From Bradymonadia bacterium (GTDB lineage Bacteria; Myxococcota_A; Bradymonadia; UBA7976; UBA1532), in NCBI GenBank assembly GCA_046290225.1, contig JBKAGE010000055.1:1-64000 (forward strand): 64,000 nt of DNA, written 5' to 3'. The translations under genes and the position numbers were made by a program. Of this stretch, positions 1 through 9,600 are shown one piece after another. The notes under the pieces are model-generated. The model was not told the DNA's origin, ran no database searches, and saw only the letters and a list, made by a program, of their open reading frames with translations. Numbering within the stretch: position 1 is the first letter of the stretch; every line of letters starts with the position of its first letter.

Positions 1-97
1 CAAGAAATGCAGCATGTCCGCCAAACGCCGCATCGCCGGTTGGGACAGGCCCTTCTTAGTCCAAGTCCTCACCGGGTTTTAACGTGCGATTGCCCTG
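1..97 (+). mobile_element. Right end of an ISAs1-family (H-repeat) insertion sequence, truncated by the window edge
   Basis: The frame starting at nt 2 reads KKCSMSAKRRIAGWDRPFLVQVLTGF* (TAA 80-82), matching the ISAs1 transposase C-terminal pattern S..KR..AGWD..(F/Y)L..VL. It is followed by TGCGATTGCCCTG (85-97), resembling the ISAs1 right terminal IR (elements end in ...CCCTG). Confidence 0.75.
2..82 (+). CDS. ISAs1-family transposase, C-terminal 26 aa only (partial, not in ORF track)
   Basis: Manual translation; KRRIAGWD...L.QVL C-terminal signature. Confidence 0.7.
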   Translation, partial: KKCSMSAKRRIAGWDRPFLVQVLTGF

Positions 98-111
98 TGT
101 TTCGGGGAGGG

Positions 112-172
112 CTCGCTTCGCTCGGAGAGAGAGTTTCGGGCACGGGCAGGGGCACGGGCACGGGCACGAGTT
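112..172 (-). repeat. 61-bp REP/MITE-like arm containing five GTGCCC-type hexamers (left, inverted copy)
   Basis: Reverse complement matches 686-746 at 59 of 61 positions. Confidence 0.9.
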
Positions 173-184
173 GATACATACGCG

Positions 185-372
185 GACCCGTGGCCCTGCC
201 TGAATTCAGGACGAAGGTTGTCATTGAGGCTGGGATGGTGCGCTTCAGAACAGCCTGAGAATGCAGGTCTTGGGGTGTATGAAGGCCAAAAACTCCGATG
301 AGAGCCATATGGGGCCAAGTAGAGCCTCCACCATCACACACCCAAGAGCTGAGCCATGCAGGGCCACGGGTC
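185..372. repeat. 188-bp segment bounded by perfect 15-bp inverted repeats (MITE-like)
   Basis: GACCCGTGGCCCTGC (185-199) and GCAGGGCCACGGGTC (358-372). Confidence 0.7.
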
Positions 373-380
373 AGGTTGAC

Positions 381-674
381 CAGTGGACAGCCCTACGGGC
401 GTCTTTCCGCTCCCTCCGGACGGCTACGCCGCCCTCCACTCGCTCCAAGACATGCAGCCTCAGGCTGCACTGTCAGGCCAAACAGTGGACAGCCCTACGG
501 GTGTCTTTCCGCTCCCTCCGGCGGCCCGCCGCCTCACTCGCTCCAAGACATGCAGCCTCAGGCTGCACTGTCAGGCCAAACAGTGGACAGCCCTACGGGT
601 GTCTTTCCGCTCCCTCCGGCCGGCTACGCCGCCCTCCACTCGCTCCAAGACATGCAGCCTCAGGCTGCACTGTC
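381..674 (+). repeat. Three tandem ~100-bp hairpin-rich units (BIME/REP-like)
   Basis: Units start at 381, 483 and 581 with CAGTGGACAGCCCTACGGG. Each has the palindrome TGCAGCCT-C-AGGCTGCA and a GACAGCCC-TAC-GGGYGTC hairpin. Confidence 0.9.
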
Positions 675-685
675 CACCCCCGTAA

Positions 686-746
686 AACTCGTGCCCGTGC
701 CCGTGCCCGTGCCCGTGCCCGAAACTCTCTCTCCAAGCGAAGCGAG
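686..746 (+). repeat. 61-bp REP/MITE-like arm AACTC(GTGCCC)5GAAACTCTCTCTCCAAGCGAAGCGAG (right copy)
   Basis: Inverted partner of 112-172; a third partial copy lies at 61160-61207. Confidence 0.9.
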
Positions 747-814
747 TTACAGATATCTCTTTACTTTCCAAACCATGTCCGCATGATGAGCCCCTTTTGC
801 CGAAAGGGCCTCCC

Positions 815-2548
815 ATGTTTGCCGAGCTTGGCCTCGACCCCCGCTTGCTCAAGGCCGTAGAGGCCCTGGGCTTTACCGAACCCACCGGGATCCAGGCCGA
901 AGCGATCCCGCCCCTGGTGAGCGGCCGGGACATCATCGCCCGGGCCCGCACCGGTGCAGGCAAGACGGCGGCCTTTGGTCTCCCGCTGCTCCATCGCCTG
1001 CGAGAGCCAGCTCCCGGACCTCGGGCCCTCGTGCTTGCGCCGACCCGGGAGCTCGCCGTGCAGGTGAGCCAGGCACTGGAGAGCTTCGCCAAACAACTCG
1101 ATATCGACATCGTCACGGTTTATGGCGGTGCCGCCTATGGGCCTCAGCTCAAGGCGCTTCGGGAGAAGGTGCCCGTGGTCGTGGGCACGCCTGGCCGGCT
1201 CATCGATCACCTCGAGCGGGGCAACCTCGATTTGAGCGCAGTGGAGATGGTGGTCCTCGACGAGGCCGACGAGATGCTGCGCATGGGCTTCCTCGAAGAG
1301 GTGGAGCGCCTGCTCGCCGACACCCCGGCGACCCGACAGACTGCGCTGTTCTCTGCCACGATGCCGCCACCCATTCGCCGTGTGGCGGAGCAGTATCTGT
1401 CCGATCCGCTCCTTGTGGAGTCGGACGTCGAGGCAGGCACCACGGTTGACCACATCACCCAGCGCTCGGTCATCATCCCTCATCGCTTCAAGACCGACGC
1501 CTTGATCAGAGCGCTGCGCGGTGAGGCTGCTGGGGCCGCCCTTGTTTTCTGCCGCACCCGAGTCGGGTGTCAGGAGACCGCCGACAAGCTGCAGAGCGCA
1601 GGGATCGACGCCGAGGCGCTGCACGGTGATCTGGCCCAGACTGCACGTGAGGCTGTGTTGGGCCGGCTGCGGAGCGGGCGTTTGTCTGTGGTGGTGGCCA
1701 CCGATGTCGCCGCTCGCGGACTAGATGTCGAACACATCACTCATGTGGTGAACCTCGATCTGCCCGATAACCCTGAGACGTACACCCACCGCATCGGTCG
1801 GACGGGTCGAGCGGGCCGAGCTGGCACCGCCCTCACCCTCGCCACGCCGGCGGAGCGTGGGCGCCTGCGGTGGATCAGCCGCACCCTCGGGGTGAACTTC
1901 GAGACCTACACCCTGCCCACTGACGCCGCCATCGCTCAGGCAGGGCGCGCACGGCTGCTGGCTGAACTCGATGGCGTCGGCGATGGCGCGCGGGCGTGGC
2001 TCGAGCACCTCGTGAGCGAAGGCGCCGAGCCTCAGGACGTCGCCGCCGCAGCCCTCGAGCTGCTCGCCCGCTCCCGCCGCGTCTCGCTGCGGCGCGACCT
2101 GCCCGACGAGCTGCCCTTCTGGGCCCAGGCGCGGCCCGAGCGGCCAGAGCCACGCAGCCAGCGAGATCGCCGACCTCACGAGGGGGGTCGGGATCGACAG
2201 CGGGGTCCGGAGAGCGAGGTGGAGCTGTTCATCGGAGCAGGTCGTCGACTCGGCATCCGCCCTGGTGATCTCGTGGGGGCGCTGGCCAACGACACGGGCA
2301 TCTCTGGCCGGGAGATCGGTCGCATCTACATCGGAGAGCGCAGCAGCTTTGTGGGAATGAGCAAGGAGACCGCCGCCAAGGTGCTCAAGGCCCGCACCAC
2401 GATTCAGCTGAGGGGTCAGCAAGTGAAGATGGCCCTCGGCAAGCCCGGGGGCAAGCTCAAGGGCGGGGGCAAGGGCGGCTACAAAGGCAAGGGCGGCCCA
2501 AAGGGTGAGACTAAGCGTCGGCCCGACGTGCGGCGGCGAAAGCCTTGA
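815..2548 (+). CDS. deaD: DEAD-box RNA helicase, DeaD/CsdA type, with C-terminal DbpA RNA-binding domain
   Basis: Q motif GFTEPTGIQ, ARTGAGKT, PTRELA, DEAD, SAT, ARGLD, HRIGRTGRAG; C-terminal LFIGAGRRLGIRPGDLVGAL..IGRI. ATG 815 follows GAAAGGG (ORF track starts at 797). Confidence 0.9.
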   Translation: MFAELGLDPRLLKAVEALGFTEPTGIQAEAIPPLVSGRDIIARARTGAGKTAAFGLPLLHRLREPAPGPRALVLAPTRELAVQVSQALESFAKQLDIDIVTVYGGAAYGPQLKALREKVPVVVGTPGRLIDHLERGNLDLSAVEMVVLDEADEMLRMGFLEEVERLLADTPATRQTALFSATMPPPIRRVAEQYLSDPLLVESDVEAGTTVDHITQRSVIIPHRFKTDALIRALRGEAAGAALVFCRTRVGCQETADKLQSAGIDAEALHGDLAQTAREAVLGRLRSGRLSVVVATDVAARGLDVEHITHVVNLDLPDNPETYTHRIGRTGRAGRAGTALTLATPAERGRLRWISRTLGVNFETYTLPTDAAIAQAGRARLLAELDGVGDGARAWLEHLVSEGAEPQDVAAAALELLARSRRVSLRRDLPDELPFWAQARPERPEPRSQRDRRPHEGGRDRQRGPESEVELFIGAGRRLGIRPGDLVGALANDTGISGREIGRIYIGERSSFVGMSKETAAKVLKARTTIQLRGQQVKMALGKPGGKLKGGGKGGYKGKGGPKGETKRRPDVRRRKP

Positions 2549-3446
2549 GGGCCCGGCCGGGCAGTCCCCGGCCCAGCAGCTGCTCTGCGAGCATGCCCGC
2601 GTCGATGAGTTTGTCGAAGTCCACCCCCGTCTCCACCCCCATCTCGTGGAGCATGTAGACGAGATCTTCTGTGGCGAGGTTTCCACTCGCCCCAGGGGCA
2701 TAGGGGCACCCGCCGAGGCCGCCGATGCTGGCGTCGAAGGTGGTGATGCCCATCTCGAGACCCACCAGACAATTCGCCAGAGCCGTCCCTCGAGTGTCGT
2801 GCATGTGCATGGCCACTCTCTGAGCGTCCACCTTCGCCAGGACCACGTCGAGCAGCCGCCGGGTGAGCATGGGGTGCCCCACCCCGATGGTGTCCCCGAG
2901 GCTCACTTCGTAGGCCCCCATGGCCAGCAAGCGCTCAGTGATGCGGAGCACCTGCTGAGGATCGACGTCGCCCTCGTAGGGGCAACCCCACGCGGTGCTC
3001 ACGTAGGCCCGGACCTGTACCCCCGCCTCGGCGCACGCGGCGAAGACCGGCTCGAAGACTGGCCAGGTCTCGTCGATGGCTTTGTTGATGTTGCGCTTGT
3101 TGTGGGTCTCACTCGACGACATGAACACCGCCACCTCTTTGAGGCCGGCGTCGATGGCTCGGGTGAGACCGCGCATGTTCGGTACGAGGGCGGTGTAGGT
3201 CACCGGCGCCCCCTCGGGCACGGGCAGCCCGGGCAACCCCGCCGCCACATGATCGGCATCGGCCAGCGGCGGGATCCACCGCGGGTTGACGAAGCTGGTG
3301 GCCTCGATGTGCCGCAGGCCCGCTTCGGCGAGAGCCCCGATCAAGCGCAGCTTGTCTTCGGTGGCGATGAAGGCCTTCTCGTTCTGCAGCCCATCGCGAG
3401 GGCCCACCTCGTAGACGCGGACAGATTCGGGCAGCGAGTCGAACAT
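2511..3446 (-). CDS. Hydroxymethylglutaryl-CoA lyase
   Basis: EVGPRDGLQNE, GCPYEG, SLGDTIG, HMHDTRG, GGLGGCPYAPGASGNLATED. GGAGG RBS before ATG 3446. The 3' end overlaps deaD convergently by 38 bp. Confidence 0.93.
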   Translation of the reverse strand: MFDSLPESVRVYEVGPRDGLQNEKAFIATEDKLRLIGALAEAGLRHIEATSFVNPRWIPPLADADHVAAGLPGLPVPEGAPVTYTALVPNMRGLTRAIDAGLKEVAVFMSSSETHNKRNINKAIDETWPVFEPVFAACAEAGVQVRAYVSTAWGCPYEGDVDPQQVLRITERLLAMGAYEVSLGDTIGVGHPMLTRRLLDVVLAKVDAQRVAMHMHDTRGTALANCLVGLEMGITTFDASIGGLGGCPYAPGASGNLATEDLVYMLHEMGVETGVDFDKLIDAGMLAEQLLGRGLPGRALKAFAAARRADA

Positions 3447-3480
3447 CAAGCCTCCATGGCGCACGGGGTGCAGGGACAGA

Positions 3481-4281
3481 TCACTGATTCTTGAACGCGG
3501 GGGGACGCTTCTCCAGGAATGCCGAGAGGCCTTCTTGGGTGTCGGCGCTGTCGAAGAGCACTGCGAAGGCCTCCTGCTCCAGGCTGTTGGCCACGGCGAG
3601 GGGGGCCTCGATGCCCTGGCGGATGGCCATCTTCGACGCCCGCACCGCCACAGGGCCCTGGCTGGCGATGCCCCGGGCCACCCGGGTGACCTCGGCCATC
3701 AGCTCGTCAGCGCTGAAGACGGCGAGGCACAAGCCCAAGCGCAACGCTTCGGGGGCCTTGATCTGCCGACCCGAAAACACCAGCTCCATGGCCTGCATGG
3801 CGCCGACGCGACGGGTGAGGCGTTGGGTGCCACCGAAGCCAGGCATCAAACCCAGCTTCACCTCGGGCTGACCGAAGCGGGCGTTCTCCGCGGCGTAGAC
3901 CAGATCACAGGCCAGGGCCAGCTCACAGCCGCCACCGAGACAGTATCCGTTCACCGCGGCGATGACCGGAATGGGCAGCGCCTCGAGGGCGGCGAGCACG
4001 CGATGGCCGAGGCCGGCGAAAGCCCGGGCCTGCTGAGGGCCCATGGTCTGCATCTCGGCGATGTCGGCCCCAGCGACGAAGGACTTCTGCCCACCGCCAG
4101 TGACGATCAGGCACCGGATCTCGTCTTTGGCCGCTACCTCGGCGATGGTCGCTTCGAGGGCCTCGAGGGTCTCGCGGTTCAGGGCGTTGAGGGCCTTGGG
4201 CCGATCGATGGTGAGGGTGGCCAGGGCCCCCTCGGTGCTCAGCTTCACCGGGCCTTCGGCTTTGATGTCGTCCGTGGTCAT
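3481..4281 (-). CDS. crt: Enoyl-CoA hydratase/crotonase
   Basis: RPKALNALN, FVAGADI, GYCLGGGCELALACD, FGQPEVKLGLMPGFGGTQRL, AFLEKRPP. Confidence 0.9.
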   Translation of the reverse strand: MTTDDIKAEGPVKLSTEGALATLTIDRPKALNALNRETLEALEATIAEVAAKDEIRCLIVTGGGQKSFVAGADIAEMQTMGPQQARAFAGLGHRVLAALEALPIPVIAAVNGYCLGGGCELALACDLVYAAENARFGQPEVKLGLMPGFGGTQRLTRRVGAMQAMELVFSGRQIKAPEALRLGLCLAVFSADELMAEVTRVARGIASQGPVAVRASKMAIRQGIEAPLAVANSLEQEAFAVLFDSADTQEGLSAFLEKRPPAFKNQ

Positions 4282-4290
4282 CTCGCCCCC

Positions 4291-5151
4291 TCAGTAGGTG
4301 TAGAAGCCGCGGCCGACCTTGCGGCCGAGGTAGCCGGCGTCGACGTACTGCTTCAGCAACGGACAAGGCCGGTACTTCGGATCACCCAAACCGTCGTGGA
4401 GCACGTTCAGGATCGCGAGGCAGGTGTCCAAGCCGATGAAGTCTGCGAGGGTGAGCGGGCCCATGGGCTGGTTGGTGCCCAGCTTCATGGCGGCGTCGAT
4501 GTCTTCCACCGAAGCGAGCCCCTCGTGCAGTGCGAAGACTGCCTCGTTGATCATGGGCATCAAGATGCGGTTGACGATGAAGCCCGGGAAATCCTGAGAG
4601 ATGACCGCGGTCTTCCCCATCTTCTCCGAGACCGCCACCACGGCGGCGTGGGTGTCGTCGTCCGTGGCCAGACCCCGGATCACCTCCACCAGCTTCATCA
4701 CTGGCACGGGGTTCATGAAGTGCATCCCGATCACCTTGTTGGGGCGGCCGGTGGCTGCGGCGATCCGGGTGATGGAGATCGACGACGTGTTGCTGGCGAG
4801 GATGGTCTCCGGCGGGCAGACTTCGTCGAGCTGACCGAAGAGCGCCAGCTTGAGAGCCTCGTTCTCCGTGGCCGCCTCGACGACGAGCTGGGCGGGGGCC
4901 AAGGCAGCGAGACCATCCACCGGGGTGATGCGGGCGAGGGCGTCGGCAGCGCTCTTCTCGTCGAGGCGGCCCTTGGACACAGCCTTGTCCAGGCGCTTCT
5001 TGATGCCCGCGACACCGGCCTGAGCGGCGGCGAGATCGACGTCGGCGAGCAGCACCGAGTAGCCCTTGAGGGCGGCGACGTGGGCGATGCCCGCGCCCAT
5101 CTGGCCGGCGCCGAGAACACCGATCGTATCTACCTGGAAGGTCTCGCTCAT
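4291..5151 (-). CDS. hbd: 3-hydroxybutyryl-CoA dehydrogenase
   Basis: GAGQMGAGIA, EAATEN, ASNTSSI, GMHFMNP, PGFIVNRIL, PMGPLTLADFIGLD, GRKVGRGFY. AGGAG RBS before ATG 5151. Confidence 0.93.
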   Translation of the reverse strand: MSETFQVDTIGVLGAGQMGAGIAHVAALKGYSVLLADVDLAAAQAGVAGIKKRLDKAVSKGRLDEKSAADALARITPVDGLAALAPAQLVVEAATENEALKLALFGQLDEVCPPETILASNTSSISITRIAAATGRPNKVIGMHFMNPVPVMKLVEVIRGLATDDDTHAAVVAVSEKMGKTAVISQDFPGFIVNRILMPMINEAVFALHEGLASVEDIDAAMKLGTNQPMGPLTLADFIGLDTCLAILNVLHDGLGDPKYRPCPLLKQYVDAGYLGRKVGRGFYTY

Positions 5152-5299
5152 CAGAGTCTCCTGAAGTACGTGCTGAGCGCAGTTTGAAAAGATGCCTGAA
5201 GAAAGTCTGGCTGAAAGCAACCTGAGTTCGACCTGTGGTCGCTAACACAGGGAACAGGGGCGAGCAAGGGGGCTGCGCGCCAACACTTCGACCCGGGGC

Positions 5300-5665
5300 T
5301 TATGGTTTGATCACCACTGTAGAAGAGGCCTCACCCACGGCGAACCACGTCTCGGTTCTGATCAGCTTCTCCCCTGCCCTGCGCTCCAGGCGAGCTTTGT
5401 AGGTGCCGTCGGGCAAGGTCACGGTATGACGCCGCTCGGCGCCGGCGGCAAACCGTACCTTCCGCATGGGTGTGCCCTCTTCGTCCAGCAGCTTCACCGA
5501 GAGCACACCGGCGGGGACCTCGTACATCATGGTGATCTCCCGCCCACCGGCCTGCCAGGTGCGGATCGCCTGGGCGATGGCCAGCGCTGCGAGGGCCACC
5601 ACCGCATAGCGCAAGAGCCGGCGGCCCCATGTCTGCTCTTCTGATGACTCAGGCCGCGCTCTCAC
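5300..5665 (-). CDS. Small membrane-anchored hypothetical protein
   Basis: One hydrophobic helix (YAVVALAALAIAQAI) then a beta-rich domain. Probable GTG start at 5665 after GGAGA, overlapping the upstream gene end. Confidence 0.55.
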   Translation of the reverse strand: MRARPESSEEQTWGRRLLRYAVVALAALAIAQAIRTWQAGGREITMMYEVPAGVLSVKLLDEEGTPMRKVRFAAGAERRHTVTLPDGTYKARLERRAGEKLIRTETWFAVGEASSTVVIKP

Positions 5666-6578
5666 CGTCGTCTCCAGAGAGGGGTTTGCCGTGCTCGTCG
5701 TGGGGCACGAAGCGGCCCACGTCAGGGCTGAAGATGTGGCGCTCGATGCGGTCGAGGGCACCATTGGTGATCACGTAGATGTGGAACTCGGCGGTGCTGT
5801 GGCTGCTGTGGCGACTGCCGCTCGCCACCTGAAGGATCGGCACCTGAGTCCCAGGGACCACCCCACGGCGCCACGCATGATTGTGGCCGTGCACCACAGC
5901 GCCGGGCTGATGCGCCCCGAGACCTGCGATCGTGTCGATCACCTTGTGGGCGTCGAGCAGACGGCGCGTGCGATCCATCTTGCGGGTCTCGTCGGGCAAC
6001 AAGGGATGATGCAGCATCATCAGCGGGAACCGTTTCGCCACTTCGGGGTGCTCGAAGGCCGCCTTCACCCGAGCGAGCTGAGCATCACCCACCTCGCCCG
6101 TGGCCATAAAGACCGGCGTGGGGATCGCGCTCGACAACCCGACGATGGCCACCTCGTCGAGCAGACGCACCACAGGGTACCGGCCGGCGCCGAGATCGAT
6201 GTCCTGGGGTTGCCATCGCCCGAAGTGTCGCTCGAAGAGACCCTCTTCGATGGCGTCCTTCGCGTAATAGTCGTGATTGCCCGGCACCAGGGTCAGGGCG
6301 TCATCCGCGAAGCGATCACCCAGCAGGCCACTGACCCGGTCGAACTCGCCAGCGAGAGCGAGGTTCACCAGATCACCCGTACAGATCGAATGATCGGGCT
6401 CAAGGGCCACCAGCGTCTCGAGGAGCAGCTCGAAGACCTCTACCCGATAGTGCTTGGCGCGATTGAGGGCAAGGTTCACCGCCCCAGTCCAGCGCTTGCC
6501 GAGGAACTGACCTGCTCTGGCCCCCTTGAGGGACAACACGTGGGTGTCGGAGAAGTGCGCGATGCGTACTGTGCCCAT
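5649..6578 (-). CDS. Calcineurin-like metallophosphoesterase (CpdA/Icc-like)
   Basis: SDTH, TGDL, PGNHD, LHHP, HGHNH metal-binding motifs. Confidence 0.88.
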   Translation of the reverse strand: MGTVRIAHFSDTHVLSLKGARAGQFLGKRWTGAVNLALNRAKHYRVEVFELLLETLVALEPDHSICTGDLVNLALAGEFDRVSGLLGDRFADDALTLVPGNHDYYAKDAIEEGLFERHFGRWQPQDIDLGAGRYPVVRLLDEVAIVGLSSAIPTPVFMATGEVGDAQLARVKAAFEHPEVAKRFPLMMLHHPLLPDETRKMDRTRRLLDAHKVIDTIAGLGAHQPGAVVHGHNHAWRRGVVPGTQVPILQVASGSRHSSHSTAEFHIYVITNGALDRIERHIFSPDVGRFVPHDEHGKPLSGDDGESAA

Positions 6579-6652
6579 GACTCAATGCCTTCGAGCTGCT
6601 CGACCTCGGCGGGCCAGAGCGCTGCGGGCCAGAGCGTTGTGGGGCTGCTGCC

Positions 6653-9600
6653 TCACAGGCTCCAGCTCAGGGAGTAGGTGTTCTCGGCGTCGAAGAAGCC
6701 ATCAACTCTGATGAGCAGCGTCGTCGGTGCGTCGCCTTCTTCGATCATGATCTGCACCGACTCGCCGTCGGCTTCCCCAGCGCTCTCACCGAGAAGGGTC
6801 ACCCCGTCGTCGGCATAGACGCGCAGGTCGAGATCGCCGACATCGTGATCAAAGTCGATGCCGATGTCCACCGGACCGCTCGCCAGCACCGGCAGGGCAT
6901 ACCAATCCTCGGTGAACGCGCAGATGACCGCGGCGTCCACCGGCGACATCGCCTCGGCGAGATCTGTCGCCGTGAGCGGGCCCTCGTTCTCTCGGGCGTC
7001 GTCGTCGACACAGGCGTCCTGCACAGTGAAGGGCACGCTGATCTCGTTGTTCGCCCGGCGGATGTCAGGCTGCTCCGTGTCGGGATCGACCACGGCTACG
7101 AGATGCCAGTCACCCCCCTCCACCGCCAGGGGCAGTGTGAGCTTCTTGCGAATTGAGGTCGTGCCTGCCCCCTCAACCTCGTCCACGGTCAGATCACCCA
7201 AAACCAGGGCGTCTTCTGCGAGGGGGGTGGTCCGGCTGAGGTAGAACCGCACACCGACGTTTTGAGCGAGATCACCCCGCAGGTTCTGCAAGCTGCCGGT
7301 GGCCCGAACCTCGGCGCCAGGGGCCGTAAACTCTGGTGCCACCCGCAAATCTGCCAGGGTGAGATCGATCCCACTCACACCGCCTACGGTGAGGGCGTAG
7401 AGACGACGCTCGGCGTCATCGCTCTCGATGAGCAGCCGGTACTGACCGGTGACCTCTGCCTGATGGAAGATGCGGTTGTCGGCCTGGCCCACCTGGTTCC
7501 CCTCGGGATCGAAGAGGGTCAGGTTGATGCCTGCTCGGCCCGGATCGATGGAGAAGCTCACCGAGGTGCCTGCGGCGATGGCGAAACGGAACCAGTCACC
7601 ATCCCCAGGGCACAGCACCAGATCGTAGTTGCCATCGCGCAGGATCCGCGCGCCCTCTCCATCATCGTTGGGCTCCTGATCATCATCCTGGCAGGCATCG
7701 GCACCGCGGACCTCGACATCGAGCTGATAGGTGTTCGACCCCGGGGCGTCACCGGCAAGGAAAACCCGCAGATAGTAGGTCCCCGCCACGTCCGCTCGGA
7801 TCAGCCGGACCGACTCCTGGTTCTGCAGGCTGCGGCTCTCGTCAAGCAGTGTCGACGCGTCGGGGGCGTAGAGCTCCATCTCGAGATCACCATCAACGTG
7901 TACGAAGGTGGCGCTCGCCTCGAGGCGCTCCCCCTGGGCGAGGGTGACCGCATACCAATCATCGTCACCACGGCATGCGTTGAGATCCGGGTAGCTGCCC
8001 GGCTCCAGATCACCCGCCTGGGCAGCAGCGCCGCCCTCCTCAAGGGGGCTCACATTGGGCTCCAGGGCGTCCGCAGCGCACGAATCCTCGGCATCGACCC
8101 GCAGGCGTCCGGCCCCGAGGTTGTTGGCCTCGTCCGCTTCTTCCACAACATTGGTCGAGTCGATTGAAACTACAGCAAAATATTGTCCGTCTGGGGTGGC
8201 CTCTGGCACGACGACATCAGCCCTCAGACGCGCGAGCTCTCCCCCAGTGAGGGCGGGCACCATCACCGTACCCAACACCACAGGAGCCCCTCCACCAGGG
8301 CCAGTCTCTCCCTGAGGATCTGCAGCCAGTCGAACCTCAGCCTCCGATGCCGCGGCGGCGTCGGCGCCGACGTTCACCGCATCAAAGGAGATGCTCACAG
8401 GGGCGCCAGCGCCTACGGTGCCCGGGCTGGACTCCACCGCGGTCACGCGCAAGTCGACGCCTTCTGCAGCGGGCGTCACCGCCACGGACAGGTCGTACTG
8501 CAAGCGAGCACCGCCGCCAGTGACCCGAAGGAGATATGTGGCCGGCGCCTCGGAGGGCACGGTGAAGAGGCCCAGCTGACCCACAGCGAGTTGTTGCCCA
8601 GGCTGGACGATCTCGCCCTCAGTGTCGGCGAGATCGAGGGTGGCGAGGCCCTCAGCTGCATCCCACTCGAGGTTCACGGCCAGCACGCCGCCAGCGGGCA
8701 CGTCCACCACGAACCAGTCGGCGTCGTCACAGGCGCCGAGACCTTCATAATCACCTGGGGCGATCAGCGCCGCGTTCTCTGGTCGATCGTTGGGCTCGTT
8801 CTCGGCATCTTCGGCGCAGCCGCCCGTAGCACCATCGACGGTAAGCACTCTGGGGGCGAAGAGCACGTTGTTCGCCTCAGAGCCCTCGTTCACCACACGG
8901 TCGTCCGGATCGAGCACGACTCCGAGACGCCACTGCACCACGTTCTGATCCACGTCGACGGGGATGATCACCTGGCGCTCCAGCGGTACAGCCATCCCCG
9001 GCGCTAGGTCGGGCACCGAGAACTGATCGAGCACCACCGCGTCAGGGCCGACCACAGCGTCTTCGCTCAGAATCACCAGACCGTTCACCTGCCCCGTGGA
9101 GTCGCGGCCCACGTTGGTGAGGGTGATTTGCACCACCACCTGACCCCCTGCGTCGATGCGGGTGGGCTCGAAGGTCACGGCATCGACGGCAGGATCCAGA
9201 TCGGGCTCCCCTCCGAGGGTGAGCACGGTTTGCAGCGTTCGGCGGTTGTTGCCAGGGTTCACGTCACCGACGCCATTGGTGGGATCAGCAACTGCGGTGA
9301 GTCGGTAGTCCCCTTCTTCGACGCGCCGGGTGATGCGCACCGGGATGGTGAGCATGCTCTCTTCTCCGGAGGCCAGGCCGCCGACGTTGAGAGAGCCCAC
9401 CTGAACACTTTGACCATCGGCGACAGGTACAGCTTCGATGCGCACCACGAAGGGCCGCACCACATCGGCGTCACCGCGGTTCTGAAGGGCGACTGTGCCT
9501 TCCAGAGTCTGATCCCAGAAAGCGCGCTCGCCCTCGACGGCGAGGCTGCGGAGCACCAGATCCACCCCAGAGACCTCTCCAGGCTCGGCGAGATTGATGG

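Noticed and set aside
381..674. CRISPR array
   Set aside because: The ~100-bp units are near-identical along their whole length, with no unique spacers, and there are no cas genes in the window.
69..860. Track ORFs 69-341, 79-318, 261-860, 298-786 and 383-685
   Set aside because: They are translations of the repeats (VPVPVP, ARARAR, thrice-repeated peptides) with no gene-like features.
2511..2548. Convergent 38-bp overlap of deaD and HMG-CoA lyase as antisense regulation
   Set aside because: Short 3' overlaps are common in compact high-GC genomes, and there is no further evidence.
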